From Candidatus Limnocylindrus sp. (GTDB lineage Bacteria; Chloroflexota; Limnocylindria; Limnocylindrales; Limnocylindraceae): DNA of 64,000 nt. How positions within the stretch are numbered: the stretch's first letter is position 1; every line of letters begins with the position of its first letter. The stretch spans positions 389,931 to 453,930 of the forward strand of contig JBBAWM010000001.1 in NCBI GenBank assembly GCA_040397175.1, read 5' to 3'. Made by a program: the position numbers and the translations under genes. Shown here in pieces: positions 38,798 to 49,894 of this stretch. The notes below the pieces were generated by a model. That model made no database searches. It was not told the DNA's origin and was given only the letters and a program-made list of their open reading frames with translations.

Positions 38798-39785
38798 ACT
38801 GCCTGAGGTGGAGACGGTTGTCCGCGATCTTGCCCGACTCGTTCGTGGTGCCACGATTACGGGCGCCAACGTCTTTCGTGAGCGCAATCTTTTGACCCCC
38901 GATGCCCCCTCGTTCGCCGAGGCGGTCCGCGGTCGGCGTATCCTCGGCACGCGGCGCCGCGCGAAGTGGATCATCGTGGAGCTCTCCGGCGGAATCTTGT
39001 TACTCGTCCACCTGCGCATGACAGGACAACTATTGGTCCTGCCCGCTGCGGCGGAGAGGGATTCCTACATTCGCCTCTCGCTCACCTTGGACGACGGTCG
39101 AGAGCTGCGCTTCCGAGACGTTCGTGCGTTCGGACGCGTGGCGCTTGTCGCGCAGCGTAGCGACGGCGAGGCCGCTTCAAGCCTCGACCCGCACTCGCCG
39201 CCGCTTCTCGCCGATCACGGGGTTGAGCCGCTCGAAGCGGCGTTCACCGCAGACGCCCTGCGCTCACTGATTACGCGACGTGGGACGCGCATCAAGAGCC
39301 TCCTCCTCGACCAGCGCTGCATCGTAGGGATCGGTAACATCTACGCCGATGAGGCGCTCTGGCGCGCGAAAATCCATCCGCTCACCCCTGCGAGCGCGTT
39401 GCGATCCGCTCAAACTGACGCGCTGCACCTTGCGATCGTTGGCGTCCTCAGCGAGGCTGTGGCCGCGCGTGGCTCTTCGATCAACGACTACACAGCGCCC
39501 GATGGCGATGGTGAGATGCAGGAGCGCCTTGATGTGTATCAACGTACAGGCGAACCATGCCACCGTTGCGGCGCAGCAATTCAGCGTTCGGTCGTGGGGG
39601 GTCGTGGCACGCATGTGTGCCGTACCTGCCAGCGCGCACCACGCGGCGTGGGCCGCACCGTGGCGTCGCGTGCCATGCGCGGGCCCCGTTGGAGCGAGCG
39701 TGTGACACCAGAGACGGTTGGGGCAACGCGCAGCGAGCGTGCTGCGGCGCGTCGCCGCTCGGCGCGCCAGGGGGAGGCGGCATGA
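38790..39785 (+). CDS. mutM: Formamidopyrimidine-DNA glycosylase
   Basis: PELPEVE N-terminus, RRAKW, HLRMTG, GIGNIYADE, CxxC...CxxC zinc finger. Confidence 0.96.
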   Translation: MPELPEVETVVRDLARLVRGATITGANVFRERNLLTPDAPSFAEAVRGRRILGTRRRAKWIIVELSGGILLLVHLRMTGQLLVLPAAAERDSYIRLSLTLDDGRELRFRDVRAFGRVALVAQRSDGEAASSLDPHSPPLLADHGVEPLEAAFTADALRSLITRRGTRIKSLLLDQRCIVGIGNIYADEALWRAKIHPLTPASALRSAQTDALHLAIVGVLSEAVAARGSSINDYTAPDGDGEMQERLDVYQRTGEPCHRCGAAIQRSVVGGRGTHVCRTCQRAPRGVGRTVASRAMRGPRWSERVTPETVGATRSERAAARRRSARQGEAA

Positions 39786-41743
39786 GCATCATTACGTTGA
39801 GCGATGTTCGCCGCGAGATCGGCGCCGCCGTCATCCTCGATGAGGTAACGCTGAGCGTTGCCGCGGGGGAGCGCATCGGCCTGGTCGGCCCGAACGGGGC
39901 AGGGAAGACGACCCTCCTCAAGATGGTCGCCGGACTCGAATCGCCTGACCAGGGTCGTGTGCAACATGCGAAGGGCCTGCGTATTAACCTGCTCGCGCAA
40001 GAGTCGGCGCAGGACCCCGAACTGCTGAACGCCCCAACGCTCATTGACGCCGTGATCGGGGGCGCCGCCGAGATCGTCTCCCTTGCCGCTGCGCTGCGCG
40101 AGATGGAGCTCGAAGGACGTGCGGGCTCAACCGAGTATGCCGAGGCACGCACCAAATTCGATGCCGCCGATGGCTACGCCCTCGAGGACAGGGTTGGCGC
40201 AGCTCTGCGTGGACTCGGATTCCCAACCGCCCGACATAGTGAGGCCCCCGCACGCCTCTCCGGAGGGGAGCAGACCCGCGTCGCCCTGGCCCGACTTGTA
40301 ATCGCCGACCCAGACCTGCTGCTGCTCGACGAGCCGACGAACCATCTCGACATTCAGGCGATCGAGTGGCTCGAAGGTGCGCTGCGCGCACGCAATGGCG
40401 CACTCATCGTTGCCAGCCACGATCGCGCCTTCCTTGATGCGGTCATCGATCGAGTCTGGGAGGTCCGTGCCCATCATGTGACGCGCTTCCGCGGGGATTA
40501 CAGCGCCTATGCAAAGCAGCGCGGTGCCGCCGATGAGGGTGACGAGCGCGACGCAGATCGTCGCGAGAAGGAGATCGCGCGCGAGCGTGAACTCACGCAG
40601 ACGTATCGCAGCCATCGCAAGTACGCAAAGATGCACGAGCATGAGCGCCGTCTCGCAGCGATCGAGCCGGTCGTTCGTGAGCGCAAGGCGATCTCGCTGT
40701 CGATCGCTGCCGAGGGAGCTGGTCGCGGCCCAGCTGAACCGTTGCGGGTGAGCGAGGCGTCCATCGGATACCGAGAGCCCGCGCAGGTGGAGATCACCCG
40801 CGCGCGTAGCCTCGCCCTTCGCCGCGGCGAGCGTGTCGGAATCGTTGGTCCCAACGGCGCTGGAAAATCTACGTTGCTCAAGACCATCGCAGGACTCCTC
40901 CCAGCCCTCGACGGAAACGTCGAGATTGCCGGTGGGGTCGTCCCTGGATATCTTGCGCAGGTCCGCGCGGCCGGGCTCCATGGTGCCACGGTGCTTGAGG
41001 CGTTGCGCACCGCCGTACCCGTCGAGGTTTCCGAAGCGCGGGCACATCTTGCGAAGTTCCTCTTTCGTGGGGATGCGGTCGGGAAAGAGGTTGCGGTGCT
41101 CTCTGGTGGCGAGCGAAGCCGGTTGGAGCTCGCAATCCTTGGTCTGATGCCCGCGAACCTGTTGCTGCTCGACGAGCCAACGAACCACCTCGACATCGAC
41201 GCGTGCGAATCGCTTGAGCGCTTCCTTCTCGATGGCGAGCGCACCCTGCTGGTCGTGAGCCACGATCGTCGACTTCTTGAGCGCATCTGTACGTCGCTCT
41301 GGGTGGTCGAGGGCGGCGTCGTTGCCGCCTTCGACGGTGGGTATACCGCGTGGCGGGAGGCGGTCGCGTCCGGGTGGAGCACGGCCAGTGCCGACGCTCT
41401 CGTTGCCGGCCGACTCGGTGCGCCAAGTGCCCTTGCCACTTCGCACGCTGTTCTCACGAAGCCCCAGTCGAACGTTGCTGTGCCGGCCGCCAAGAAGAGT
41501 GCGCCGCCGAAGCCGGAGCGGCTCAGCAAGGAGCAGGCACGACGACGGCGTTCCGCAATCGAGGCAGATCTTGAGCGACATGGATTACGGAAGGGACACC
41601 TTGAATTGGCGATGCTTGATCCAAACATTCTCGCCTCGTATACGGAACTCTCCAAGGTGGCGAGCGAGCTCGCCGACGTGACAGCGGCGCTCCAGCAGGC
41701 GGAAGAAGCATGGCTCGCCCTCGAGGGGGAGGTGGCGAAGTGA
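39782..41743 (+). CDS. ABC-F family ATPase (ribosome-associated, Uup/YdiF-like)
   Basis: Two ABC domains (GPNGAGKT/LSGGEQ/LLDEPTNHLD and GPNGAGKS/LSGGER/LLDEPTNHLD), no TM helices, C-terminal coiled coil ending EEAWLAL. Confidence 0.92.
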   Translation: MSIITLSDVRREIGAAVILDEVTLSVAAGERIGLVGPNGAGKTTLLKMVAGLESPDQGRVQHAKGLRINLLAQESAQDPELLNAPTLIDAVIGGAAEIVSLAAALREMELEGRAGSTEYAEARTKFDAADGYALEDRVGAALRGLGFPTARHSEAPARLSGGEQTRVALARLVIADPDLLLLDEPTNHLDIQAIEWLEGALRARNGALIVASHDRAFLDAVIDRVWEVRAHHVTRFRGDYSAYAKQRGAADEGDERDADRREKEIARERELTQTYRSHRKYAKMHEHERRLAAIEPVVRERKAISLSIAAEGAGRGPAEPLRVSEASIGYREPAQVEITRARSLALRRGERVGIVGPNGAGKSTLLKTIAGLLPALDGNVEIAGGVVPGYLAQVRAAGLHGATVLEALRTAVPVEVSEARAHLAKFLFRGDAVGKEVAVLSGGERSRLELAILGLMPANLLLLDEPTNHLDIDACESLERFLLDGERTLLVVSHDRRLLERICTSLWVVEGGVVAAFDGGYTAWREAVASGWSTASADALVAGRLGAPSALATSHAVLTKPQSNVAVPAAKKSAPPKPERLSKEQARRRRSAIEADLERHGLRKGHLELAMLDPNILASYTELSKVASELADVTAALQQAEEAWLALEGEVAK

Positions 41744-42387
41744 GCGAGCGACTCGTTCGTGTTGGCCTTGGCGGGCTCATCGCTTCAGGAAAGAGCAGTC
41801 TCGCCGCAGCGCTTGTTGCGAGTTCCGAGCTACGCCAGGCCATTGGCGGAGCCGTGGAGTACCTGGACGTTGATGCACTCCTGCGTGCTGCACGTTTGTC
41901 TGACACGCCACTTCGTGATGCCATTCTTGCCGCCGTGCCAGATGCGCGCCGCGTCGATGGGAGCCTCGACACGACGCTCCTCGCAGCACGCGCGTTCGGC
42001 GATCCTGCAGTGATGCGCCGCCTTGAGCATCTGCAGTGGCCGGTCGTTCGCGAAACGCTGAGCGAGGCGAGCCGAGCGGCAGAGGCACGAGGTGTTCGAC
42101 TCCTGCTGGTGGAGGCGATCGCACTCGGGCGTTCTGGGCTGGCCAAGGAGCTCGACGGGAGTCTCTTCCTCCACGTTGATGAGGGAGCCCGTCGCCAGCG
42201 CTTCGTGGTCCGCGGTGGCAGCGAAGAAGATTTCCAGGTGCGCAACGCCGTACAGGCGGGGATCCCTGCGGAGATGGCGGGGATCGGGGCGGTGCCGATT
42301 GACGGGAGTGGGACGCTGCCTGAGACCGTGCACGCCGCGAGCCTCGCGCTGCGCCGCCTATGCTTGCAGGGTGAATCCGCCGACTGA
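41740..42387 (+). CDS. coaE: Dephospho-CoA kinase
   Basis: [13 protein letters not shown]-loop, DVDAL, DGSLD...LAARAFGDP...LEHLQWP; polA-mutM-coaE-uvrB synteny. Confidence 0.82.
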   Translation: MSERLVRVGLGGLIASGKSSLAAALVASSELRQAIGGAVEYLDVDALLRAARLSDTPLRDAILAAVPDARRVDGSLDTTLLAARAFGDPAVMRRLEHLQWPVVRETLSEASRAAEARGVRLLLVEAIALGRSGLAKELDGSLFLHVDEGARRQRFVVRGGSEEDFQVRNAVQAGIPAEMAGIGAVPIDGSGTLPETVHAASLALRRLCLQGESAD

Positions 42388-44725
42388 ACCTACCGATGAA
42401 CTGGCCCCCGCGACGGGGCACCCCTTCGCCCTGCGCTCCGACTTCGTTCCCACCGGCGACCAACCTACCGCCATCACAGAGCTCGTCCAAGGGCTCACCG
42501 ATGGTCTCCATCACCAGGTCTTGCTCGGAGCAACAGGAACGGGGAAGACTTTCACCATTGCCAACGTCATTCAGCAGGTGCAGCGGCCGACGCTCGTCCT
42601 TGCGCATAACAAGACGCTCGCCGCCCAGCTCTACGCCGAGCTCAAGGAGTTCTTCCCCGAGAACGCTGTCGAATACTTCGTCTCCTACTTCGACTACTAC
42701 CAGCCAGAGGCCTACCTCCCGCGCTCCGACACCTATATCGAGAAAGACTCCAGCCGCAATGATGAGATAGACCAGCTCCGACACGCCGCTACCAAGGCGC
42801 TCTTCGAGCGACGTGACACCATCATCGTCGCCTCGGTCTCGTGTATCTACGGTCTCGGTGCGCCTGTGGATTACGGCGCCACCGTGCTGAAGGTGCGCAA
42901 GTCTGGCAAGTATCGCCGCGATGCAATCTTGCGGCACCTCGTCGACCTGCAATACCAACGCAACGACGCCACCCTCGGCCGCGCCAAGTTCCGAGTGCGT
43001 GGTGACACGCTCGAGGTGCAGCCCGCGGGTGAAGAAACGATCCTGCGCGTGGAGTTCTTCGGCGATGAGGTGGAACGGATCGCCGAGGTTGATCCACTGA
43101 CGGGGGAGATCCTGGCAGAGCGTAACGAGATGACGATCTACCCCGCCACCCACTATGTAACGCCGGCGGACAAGTTGAAGGAAGCCATTCGAGACATTGA
43201 GGTCGAGATGGAGAGTCGGTGCCGTGAGTTGGAGGCGACGGGGAAGGTGCTCGAGGCGGCCCGCCTGCGGCAGCGCACCACCTTTGACTTGGAGATGATG
43301 CGCGAGGTGGGCTTCTGCTCCGGGATCGAGAATTACTCGCGCCACCTCTCGCGCCGCGAACCTGGCTCCCGACCGTGGACCCTGCTCGATTACTTCCCAG
43401 CTGATTGGCTCCTTGTCGTCGACGAGAGCCACATGAGCATTCCGCAGGTCGTTGGCATGTACAAGAACGACCGGTCGCGGAAAGAGATCCTTGTTGATTT
43501 CGGCTTCCGTCTGCCGAGCGCCCTTGATAATCGCCCGTTGACCTTTGAGGAGTTCGAGACAAGCGTGCGACAGGCGATCTACGTCTCTGCAACGCCAGGA
43601 AGCTACGAGCGCGAACGAGCAGACAAGGTCGTGCAACAGCTCATTCGGCCAACAGGAGTTGTCGATCCCCACATCACCGTGCTCCCAACGAAGGGGCAGA
43701 TCGACGATCTGCTGGAGCGCATCCAGGGTCGCGTCAAGAAGAAGGAGCGCGTGATCGTGACCACCCTGACGAAGCGCATGGCCGAAGAGCTCTCGTCGTA
43801 CCTGGAAGAGGCTGGGATCCGCGTGCGCTACCTCCACAGCGAGATCGACACGCTTGAGCGCATTGAAATCTTGCGTGACCTGCGCCTTGGTGTGTTCGAC
43901 GTCATCGTCGGGATCAACCTGCTCCGCGAGGGGATCGACCTCCCTGAGGTGACGCTGGTGGCGATCCTGGATGCCGACAAGGAGGGTTTCCTGCGTTCAG
44001 CGTGGGCACTCATCCAAACGGTCGGACGCGCGGCGCGCAACACGGGCGGTGAGGTTGTCTTCTACGCCGACAAGATGACCGACTCCATGAAGGTGGCGAT
44101 CTCTGAGACGGATCGACGGCGCGCGATCCAGGAGCAGTGGAATATCGATCACGGCATCACCGCCACCACCATCTCGAAGCCGATCCGCGACCTGAACGAT
44201 CGACTAAAGAGCGTCGCCGAGAAGTCCGACACCTACGCCGGCGGGAAACGCGGTGGTGCCTTGAGCGAGGTTGGCCGTACGGAGATTGAGAAGCTGGTGA
44301 CCCAGCTTGAGGCGCAGATGAAGATCGCCTCCAAGGCGCTCGAGTTCGAGCGCGCCGCGGCCATTCGCGACGAGATTCGCATGTTGCGAACGGCGGTGCT
44401 CGAAGAGGATGCGGCGACGGCGATTGAGCGGGCAGCCGAGCGCGCGGCTCGAGAGGGTCAGGGCGGAGGCCGACGCGGTGCTCCCGCAAAGACGGCTCCG
44501 CAGGGGATTGGCGCCGCTGCACACACGCTCGTTGCGCCGGCGCTGGACACGGCTGCCGACTGGCTCCCAGGCCTTCGCGACGAGCATGAGGAGGAGACGG
44601 GTACGATCCCCGATGCGGGTCAGCCTGCAGCGGCTGAGGCGCCCGTGCGTCGGCGCACCTGGGACCCAAGCGTGACGCCGAATGTGATCAAGCGCCGTGG
44701 CGAGCGGCCGAAGCGAAGGGGGTAG
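42371..44725 (+). CDS. uvrB: Excinuclease ABC subunit B
   Basis: [45 protein letters not shown] domain [13 protein letters not shown]; GTG 42371 lies 6 nt after TATGCT. Confidence 0.98.
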   Translation: MNPPTEPTDELAPATGHPFALRSDFVPTGDQPTAITELVQGLTDGLHHQVLLGATGTGKTFTIANVIQQVQRPTLVLAHNKTLAAQLYAELKEFFPENAVEYFVSYFDYYQPEAYLPRSDTYIEKDSSRNDEIDQLRHAATKALFERRDTIIVASVSCIYGLGAPVDYGATVLKVRKSGKYRRDAILRHLVDLQYQRNDATLGRAKFRVRGDTLEVQPAGEETILRVEFFGDEVERIAEVDPLTGEILAERNEMTIYPATHYVTPADKLKEAIRDIEVEMESRCRELEATGKVLEAARLRQRTTFDLEMMREVGFCSGIENYSRHLSRREPGSRPWTLLDYFPADWLLVVDESHMSIPQVVGMYKNDRSRKEILVDFGFRLPSALDNRPLTFEEFETSVRQAIYVSATPGSYERERADKVVQQLIRPTGVVDPHITVLPTKGQIDDLLERIQGRVKKKERVIVTTLTKRMAEELSSYLEEAGIRVRYLHSEIDTLERIEILRDLRLGVFDVIVGINLLREGIDLPEVTLVAILDADKEGFLRSAWALIQTVGRAARNTGGEVVFYADKMTDSMKVAISETDRRRAIQEQWNIDHGITATTISKPIRDLNDRLKSVAEKSDTYAGGKRGGALSEVGRTEIEKLVTQLEAQMKIASKALEFERAAAIRDEIRMLRTAVLEEDAATAIERAAERAAREGQGGGRRGAPAKTAPQGIGAAAHTLVAPALDTAADWLPGLRDEHEEETGTIPDAGQPAAAEAPVRRRTWDPSVTPNVIKRRGERPKRRG

Positions 44726-44727
44726 TC

Positions 44728-47634
44728 GTGGGACAGAACAAGATCTCCGTTCGCGGCGCCCGCGAGCACAACCTCAAGGGGATCGATCTCGACATTCCCC
44801 GCGACCAGCTTGTCGTCGTCACCGGCATCTCCGGCTCGGGTAAGTCAAGCCTCGCCTTCGACACGATTTACGCTGAGGGTCAGCGGCGCTACGTGGAGAG
44901 CCTTTCGGCCTACGCTCGCCAATTCCTCGGGCAGATGGAGAAGCCCGACGTTGATTCCATCGATGGGCTATCGCCGGCCATCTCCATTGACCAGAAGGGC
45001 TCCTCGCGCAATCCGCGTTCGACGGTCGGCACAATCACCGAGATCTGGGACCACTTGCGACTGCTCTACGCGCGTGCCGGCACCCCGCACTGCCCAAAGT
45101 GCGATCGCCCAATTAGTCGTGTCTCACTCGACCAGATCGTCGAAGAGATCCTCAAGCTCCCTGACGGCACGCGCATCCTTGTGCTTGGCCCACTCCTGCG
45201 CGATCGAAAGAGTGAAGGGGAGCGCATGTACGAAGCGGCCCGCAAGTCGGGATTCAGCCGTGTGCGAGTGGATGGCATCCAATACGACCTTGGTGCCGAT
45301 GACCTGCCGAAGCTCGATAAGAAGAAGCGTCACTCCATTGAGGTCATCGTCGACCGATTTGTGGTCCAGCATCCCGTCGATGAGAAGGGGAAGCCGCTGC
45401 CGATCCCTGATCGCAGCCGGCTCGCCGACTCAGTGGAGACGGCGATCAAGCTGGGTGAGGGGCTCGCCATTGTTGCCCCTGCGCCAGCTGAGAAGGAGAA
45501 GCCAACCTTCGAAGAGCGACTCTTCAGCGAGAAGCTTGGCTGCGCCTACGACGGCACGGTGATCGATGACCTGCAGCCGCGTTCGTTCAGCTTTAACTCC
45601 CCGCATGGCGCCTGCGAAACCTGTACCGGACTCGGCTTCCGCCTCGAGGTCGACGAGGAGCGTGTGATTGATCCCGAGAAGTCGGTGCTCAACGGTGGTT
45701 TGATTCCGTGGTCCCGTTCGCCGGAGGGGAGCTGGTACTTAAAGGTGGTCACCGCGGCGATGAAGGCGAACAAGTGGAATCCGAAGACACCACTGGGCGA
45801 TCTCCCTAAGGGCGCACTTGATTACCTGCTGCACGCCGAGCGCGAGGACCGCTACACGGTCACCTATGAGAACTCGAGTTACAGCAACACCTATAAGGCT
45901 GCGTTCGAGGGAATCATCGCCAACCTTGAGCGTCGGCATAAAGAGACGGAATCAGAGTTGGTGCGCGTCGAGATTGAGCGCTACATGGTGAGTAGGCCCT
46001 GCCCCGACTGCAAGGGTCGCCGCCTGAAGCCTGAAATCCTCGCCGTGCGCGTGGACGGTCGCAACATCGCCGAGGTGGCCTCCATGCCGATCGGCGAGCT
46101 GGTCCCGTGGATCAACACCCTCTCCAAGGCGCTCGGCGAGCGCGAGCGCACCATCGCGAAGGCGGTCATCAAGGAGATCAGCGAGCGCGCCGGCTTCCTT
46201 GTGGATGTTGGCCTCGACTATCTCACCGTTGATCGCTCCGCAACCACGCTCTCGGGTGGCGAGGCGCAGCGCATTCGTCTCGCAACACAGATTGGCTCGC
46301 GCCTGGTCGGCGTCCTCTACATCCTTGATGAGCCCTCGATTGGCTTGCATCAGCGGGATAATGCACGCCTGATCGCCACGCTGATACGACTGCGCGACCT
46401 TGGCAATACGGTGCTAGTGGTCGAGCACGATGAAGAGACGATTCGCACCGCCGATTGGGTCGTTGACATTGGCCCTGGAGCAGGCGAGATGGGCGGCCGG
46501 CTGATTTCGAACGGCTCGTTCAAGGATCTCCTCGCAGCGAAGGATTCCATTACGGGCGCCTACCTTCGAGGTGACCGCTCGGTGGCGGTGCCAAAGACGC
46601 GTCGCAAGGGGAGTGGCAAGGCGATCACGGTCAAGGGGGCGCGGGAGCACAATCTCCGCGAGCTTGATGTCGCCTTCCCGCTCGGGGAATTCGTTGCAGT
46701 GACTGGCGTTTCGGGGAGCGGCAAGAGCACCCTCGTTACCGACATCTTGCAGAAGGCCCTCGCGCGCAGGCTGCACGGCGCGAAAGATCGACCAGGGGCG
46801 CACGACCGCATCACCGGCCTCGATGAGATCGACAAGGTGATCGAGATCGACCAGAGTCCAATCGGCCGAACGCCACGCTCGAATCCCGCCACCTATGTCG
46901 GCCTCTTTACCCCGATCCGCGAGCTCTTCGCGGCGACGCAAGAGGCACGACTCCGCGGCTACTCCGCTGGCCGATTCTCCTTCAACGTCAAGGGTGGCCG
47001 CTGCGAAACCTGCTCTGGCGACGGCATCCTGCAGATCGAGATGCAGTTCCTTCCCGATGTCTATGTGCCCTGTGAAACCTGCCACGGGAAGCGCTACAAC
47101 CGCGAGGCGCTCGAGGTGACCTGGAAGGGGATGACGATCGCCGATGTCCTGGAGCTTCAGGTAGAAGATGCACTGGAGCGCTTCTCTGCGGTGCCAGCGA
47201 TTCGCAATCGGCTGAAGACGCTGAGTGAAGTTGGGCTCGGCTATCTGCGCCTAGGGCAGGCGGCAACGACCCTCTCTGGTGGTGAAGCGCAGCGCATCAA
47301 GCTCGCCACTGAACTCGCTCGTCGCTCCACTGGACGCACGATGTACATCCTCGACGAGCCGACCACGGGGTTGCATTTCGCCGATGTCGATCGACTGCTG
47401 CACGTGCTGCATCGCCTGGTTGACGGCGGTAATAGCGTCATCGTGATTGAACACAACCTTGATGTGATCAAGACCGCGGATTGGGTGATCGACCTTGGTC
47501 CCGATGGCGGGAGCCGTGGCGGTGAACTCATTGCGGAGGGGACACCTGAGGCGGTCGCAAAGGTGAAGCGCAGCCACACCGGTCGCTATCTCGCCCTTGC
47601 GCTGAAGGGCGAGCCGATTCACTCGCTGGAGTAG
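44728..47634 (+). CDS. uvrA: Excinuclease ABC subunit A
   Basis: [27 protein letters not shown], two LSGGEAQRI motifs, [19 protein letters not shown]. Confidence 0.99.
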   Translation: MGQNKISVRGAREHNLKGIDLDIPRDQLVVVTGISGSGKSSLAFDTIYAEGQRRYVESLSAYARQFLGQMEKPDVDSIDGLSPAISIDQKGSSRNPRSTVGTITEIWDHLRLLYARAGTPHCPKCDRPISRVSLDQIVEEILKLPDGTRILVLGPLLRDRKSEGERMYEAARKSGFSRVRVDGIQYDLGADDLPKLDKKKRHSIEVIVDRFVVQHPVDEKGKPLPIPDRSRLADSVETAIKLGEGLAIVAPAPAEKEKPTFEERLFSEKLGCAYDGTVIDDLQPRSFSFNSPHGACETCTGLGFRLEVDEERVIDPEKSVLNGGLIPWSRSPEGSWYLKVVTAAMKANKWNPKTPLGDLPKGALDYLLHAEREDRYTVTYENSSYSNTYKAAFEGIIANLERRHKETESELVRVEIERYMVSRPCPDCKGRRLKPEILAVRVDGRNIAEVASMPIGELVPWINTLSKALGERERTIAKAVIKEISERAGFLVDVGLDYLTVDRSATTLSGGEAQRIRLATQIGSRLVGVLYILDEPSIGLHQRDNARLIATLIRLRDLGNTVLVVEHDEETIRTADWVVDIGPGAGEMGGRLISNGSFKDLLAAKDSITGAYLRGDRSVAVPKTRRKGSGKAITVKGAREHNLRELDVAFPLGEFVAVTGVSGSGKSTLVTDILQKALARRLHGAKDRPGAHDRITGLDEIDKVIEIDQSPIGRTPRSNPATYVGLFTPIRELFAATQEARLRGYSAGRFSFNVKGGRCETCSGDGILQIEMQFLPDVYVPCETCHGKRYNREALEVTWKGMTIADVLELQVEDALERFSAVPAIRNRLKTLSEVGLGYLRLGQAATTLSGGEAQRIKLATELARRSTGRTMYILDEPTTGLHFADVDRLLHVLHRLVDGGNSVIVIEHNLDVIKTADWVIDLGPDGGSRGGELIAEGTPEAVAKVKRSHTGRYLALALKGEPIHSLE

Positions 47635-47636
47635 CG

Positions 47637-47984
47637 ATGGCTGAGCCCCACCTCCCTCGCCACGCCGATCCATCGCTCGATCAGGCCGGGCTCCGCGCAG
47701 CCCAACTGCTCGAGCGGATCCTTGATGAACTCGTTGACGAGCGAGCCCGCGCCAGATTCTTGCCCTACCGCGCCTGGACGACGCAGCTTCGCGATGCCCA
47801 CGGAGCAGCGCTGCGAAAGGGTGTTGTTGCCGTGCGCGCCGCTCTTGGGCCGGGAGATGGTCTCGCCGATATCGCCTCGGGTGAAGCGGTGACCGAGCTT
47901 CGCGAAGCGCTCGACGAGATCCTTCGCATCTTGAATCGCCGCGCTGCGCTGCGCGGGCGCACAGGGGCACGTGATGGCGCCTGA
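47637..47984 (+). CDS. Hypothetical 115-aa helical protein within the uvr operon
   Basis: ATG 2 nt after the uvrA stop; overlaps the uvrC start; fills the gap exactly; amphipathic helical pattern. Confidence 0.72.
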   Translation: MAEPHLPRHADPSLDQAGLRAAQLLERILDELVDERARARFLPYRAWTTQLRDAHGAALRKGVVAVRAALGPGDGLADIASGEAVTELREALDEILRILNRRAALRGRTGARDGA

Positions 47985-49857
47985 GCGGCTCCCGGCGCCG
48001 ATCGTTCCCGACGCGATTGCGGCAGCGCTCAAGGTCCTCCCCGACGCGCCCGGCGTCTATCTCCTCTCGGACAACGCAGGAAAGATCATCTATGTTGGAA
48101 AGGCGACGCACCTCACGCAGCGGGTTCGCAGCTACTGGCAGGCGGGTGGGGAGCCAGGCGCACACCGCATTCGCGATGCCATTGCCGAGGTTGCGACGCT
48201 GGACTGGACGGTTACCGATTCACCGAAGGAGGCGCTCCTTCTCGAGGCGACGCTGGTGCGGAGGCACCTACCCAAGTACAACATCCGGCTGCGCGACGAT
48301 CGCAGCTACCCCTACATTCGCGTTACTGCCGATCCATACCCACGCATCGAACGTACCCGCCGCCTTGTGCGCGACGGCTCACGTTACTTTGGCCCGTACA
48401 CCACTCCAGGATCAGTGAACGCAGCCATGGAGGCGATCAAGCGCCTCTTTCAATTTCGGACCTGCGAGATTGCGATCAAGCCCATGGAGCGCGCACTTGA
48501 ACGCCCCTGCCTCCTCTTCGATCTCAAGCGGTGTCAGGGCCCCTGCCTTGGCAACATTCCGGTTGCCGACTACCAGCGAGAGATCGACGGAGTGCAACTC
48601 TTTCTCGGGGGGCGCTCTCGCGCCGCAATCACCATGCTCACCACTCGTATGGAGTCTGCCGCTGAGCGCGAGGCATTCGAAGATGCCGCACGTATTCGCG
48701 ATGCGGTGCTCTCACTTGAAACGACGCTTGACGAGCAGAAGGTACCAACCTCGGGGCGAGCCGATGAAGACGTCCTCGGGATCGCGCGTCATGGGCGCCA
48801 CGTAGCCATCGCTTGTTTCCAGATTCGTGACTCAGCCCTCGTCGGCCGCGATGTGCATCGGGTCGACGCTGGCGATTCCGGCGACGTTGAGTTGCTTGCT
48901 GGCTTTGCCGCGAGCTATTACGCCCGTGCGGGGGAGATTCCGCCCTCAATCGCAACTGCTGTTGAGGTGCCCGACAGAGAACTCTTGGAGTTCCTCTCGG
49001 CGCGACGTGAGGGTCGCGTTGAGATGCGCGTGCCACAGCGTGGCGATCGCGCGCGTATCGTGCGCTTAGCGGAACGGAATGCCGAGGAGTGGCTCATCCG
49101 CCGCGAGGCGGAAGAGGACGCTGATCGTGAGCGAGCCGATGCTGCGCTCTCAGCGCTGTCCGTCGCGCTGAGCCTGGACGCCTCACCGACGCGAATTGAG
49201 TGCGTCGACGTCAGCACGATACAAGGGGCGTTCACGGTGTCGTCACTCACCGTTGCCCAAGAGGGGCAGCTCGCGCCGAAGGAGTACCGTCGCTTCCGTA
49301 TCAAGGGGGTAACGGGGCAAGATGATTTCGCCGCGCATGCCGAAGCGCTTACACGCCGCTTTGCTCGCTCGGCAAACGATGGTGCGAAACGGAGCGGTGA
49401 GGCGGAGTTGCGCGCCTGGAGCCTGCCAGACCTGCTCGTGATCGATGGTGGCCGTGGCCAGGTGTCGGCTGCTGCGGCGGTGCTGGACGCCGCCGGTTTA
49501 ACGATCCCGCTCGTGGGTCTCGCCAAGGAGCGCGAAGAGCTCTGGCCGCGTGACGCCACCGCGCCCATCCTGCTCCCTGCGACCGATCCGGGGCTGCGCC
49601 TACTGCAGCGTTTGCGCGACGAGGCCCATCGGTTCGCAATCGGGTATCACCGCACGCTGCGCAGTCGGGCGGCGACCGCAAGTCGCCTTGACGGGATCCG
49701 CGGCCTCGGGCCAACGAAAAGAAAGGCACTACTGCGAACGTTCGGATCAGCCGCGGGGATTGCCGCGGCACCCGTTGAGTCGCTCGTCGCGGTGCCAGGC
49801 GTAGATCACGCTCTCGCCGCACGGATCCTGGCGGCCCTTGGCGCAGATCGCGGCTGA
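47974..49857 (+). CDS. uvrC: Excinuclease ABC subunit C
   Basis: GIY-YIG PGVYLL/IYVGKA, PKYNIRLRDD, Cys-rich motif, UVR domain, RIECVDVS, PDLLVIDGGRGQ, LRDEAHRFA, HhH. Confidence 0.97.
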   Translation: MAPERLPAPIVPDAIAAALKVLPDAPGVYLLSDNAGKIIYVGKATHLTQRVRSYWQAGGEPGAHRIRDAIAEVATLDWTVTDSPKEALLLEATLVRRHLPKYNIRLRDDRSYPYIRVTADPYPRIERTRRLVRDGSRYFGPYTTPGSVNAAMEAIKRLFQFRTCEIAIKPMERALERPCLLFDLKRCQGPCLGNIPVADYQREIDGVQLFLGGRSRAAITMLTTRMESAAEREAFEDAARIRDAVLSLETTLDEQKVPTSGRADEDVLGIARHGRHVAIACFQIRDSALVGRDVHRVDAGDSGDVELLAGFAASYYARAGEIPPSIATAVEVPDRELLEFLSARREGRVEMRVPQRGDRARIVRLAERNAEEWLIRREAEEDADRERADAALSALSVALSLDASPTRIECVDVSTIQGAFTVSSLTVAQEGQLAPKEYRRFRIKGVTGQDDFAAHAEALTRRFARSANDGAKRSGEAELRAWSLPDLLVIDGGRGQVSAAAAVLDAAGLTIPLVGLAKEREELWPRDATAPILLPATDPGLRLLQRLRDEAHRFAIGYHRTLRSRAATASRLDGIRGLGPTKRKALLRTFGSAAGIAAAPVESLVAVPGVDHALAARILAALGADRG

Positions 49858-49894
49858 ACGGGTTTGACGGGCGCCCCTGCTAGGATTCGCAGCA

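Noticed and set aside
41777-43837. 686-aa minus-strand ORF and other long antisense ORFs (29365-30756, 30892-32190, 11245-12573, 40127-41581, 37562-38530)
   Set aside because: They lie opposite clearly identified genes (uvrB, dnaE, metG, ABC-F, polA) and have no motifs. Such shadow frames are expected from GC-rich codon bias.
49864-49869. TTGACG as the -35 box for secD
   Set aside because: It is only 11 nt from the TAGGAT -10, an incompatible spacing.
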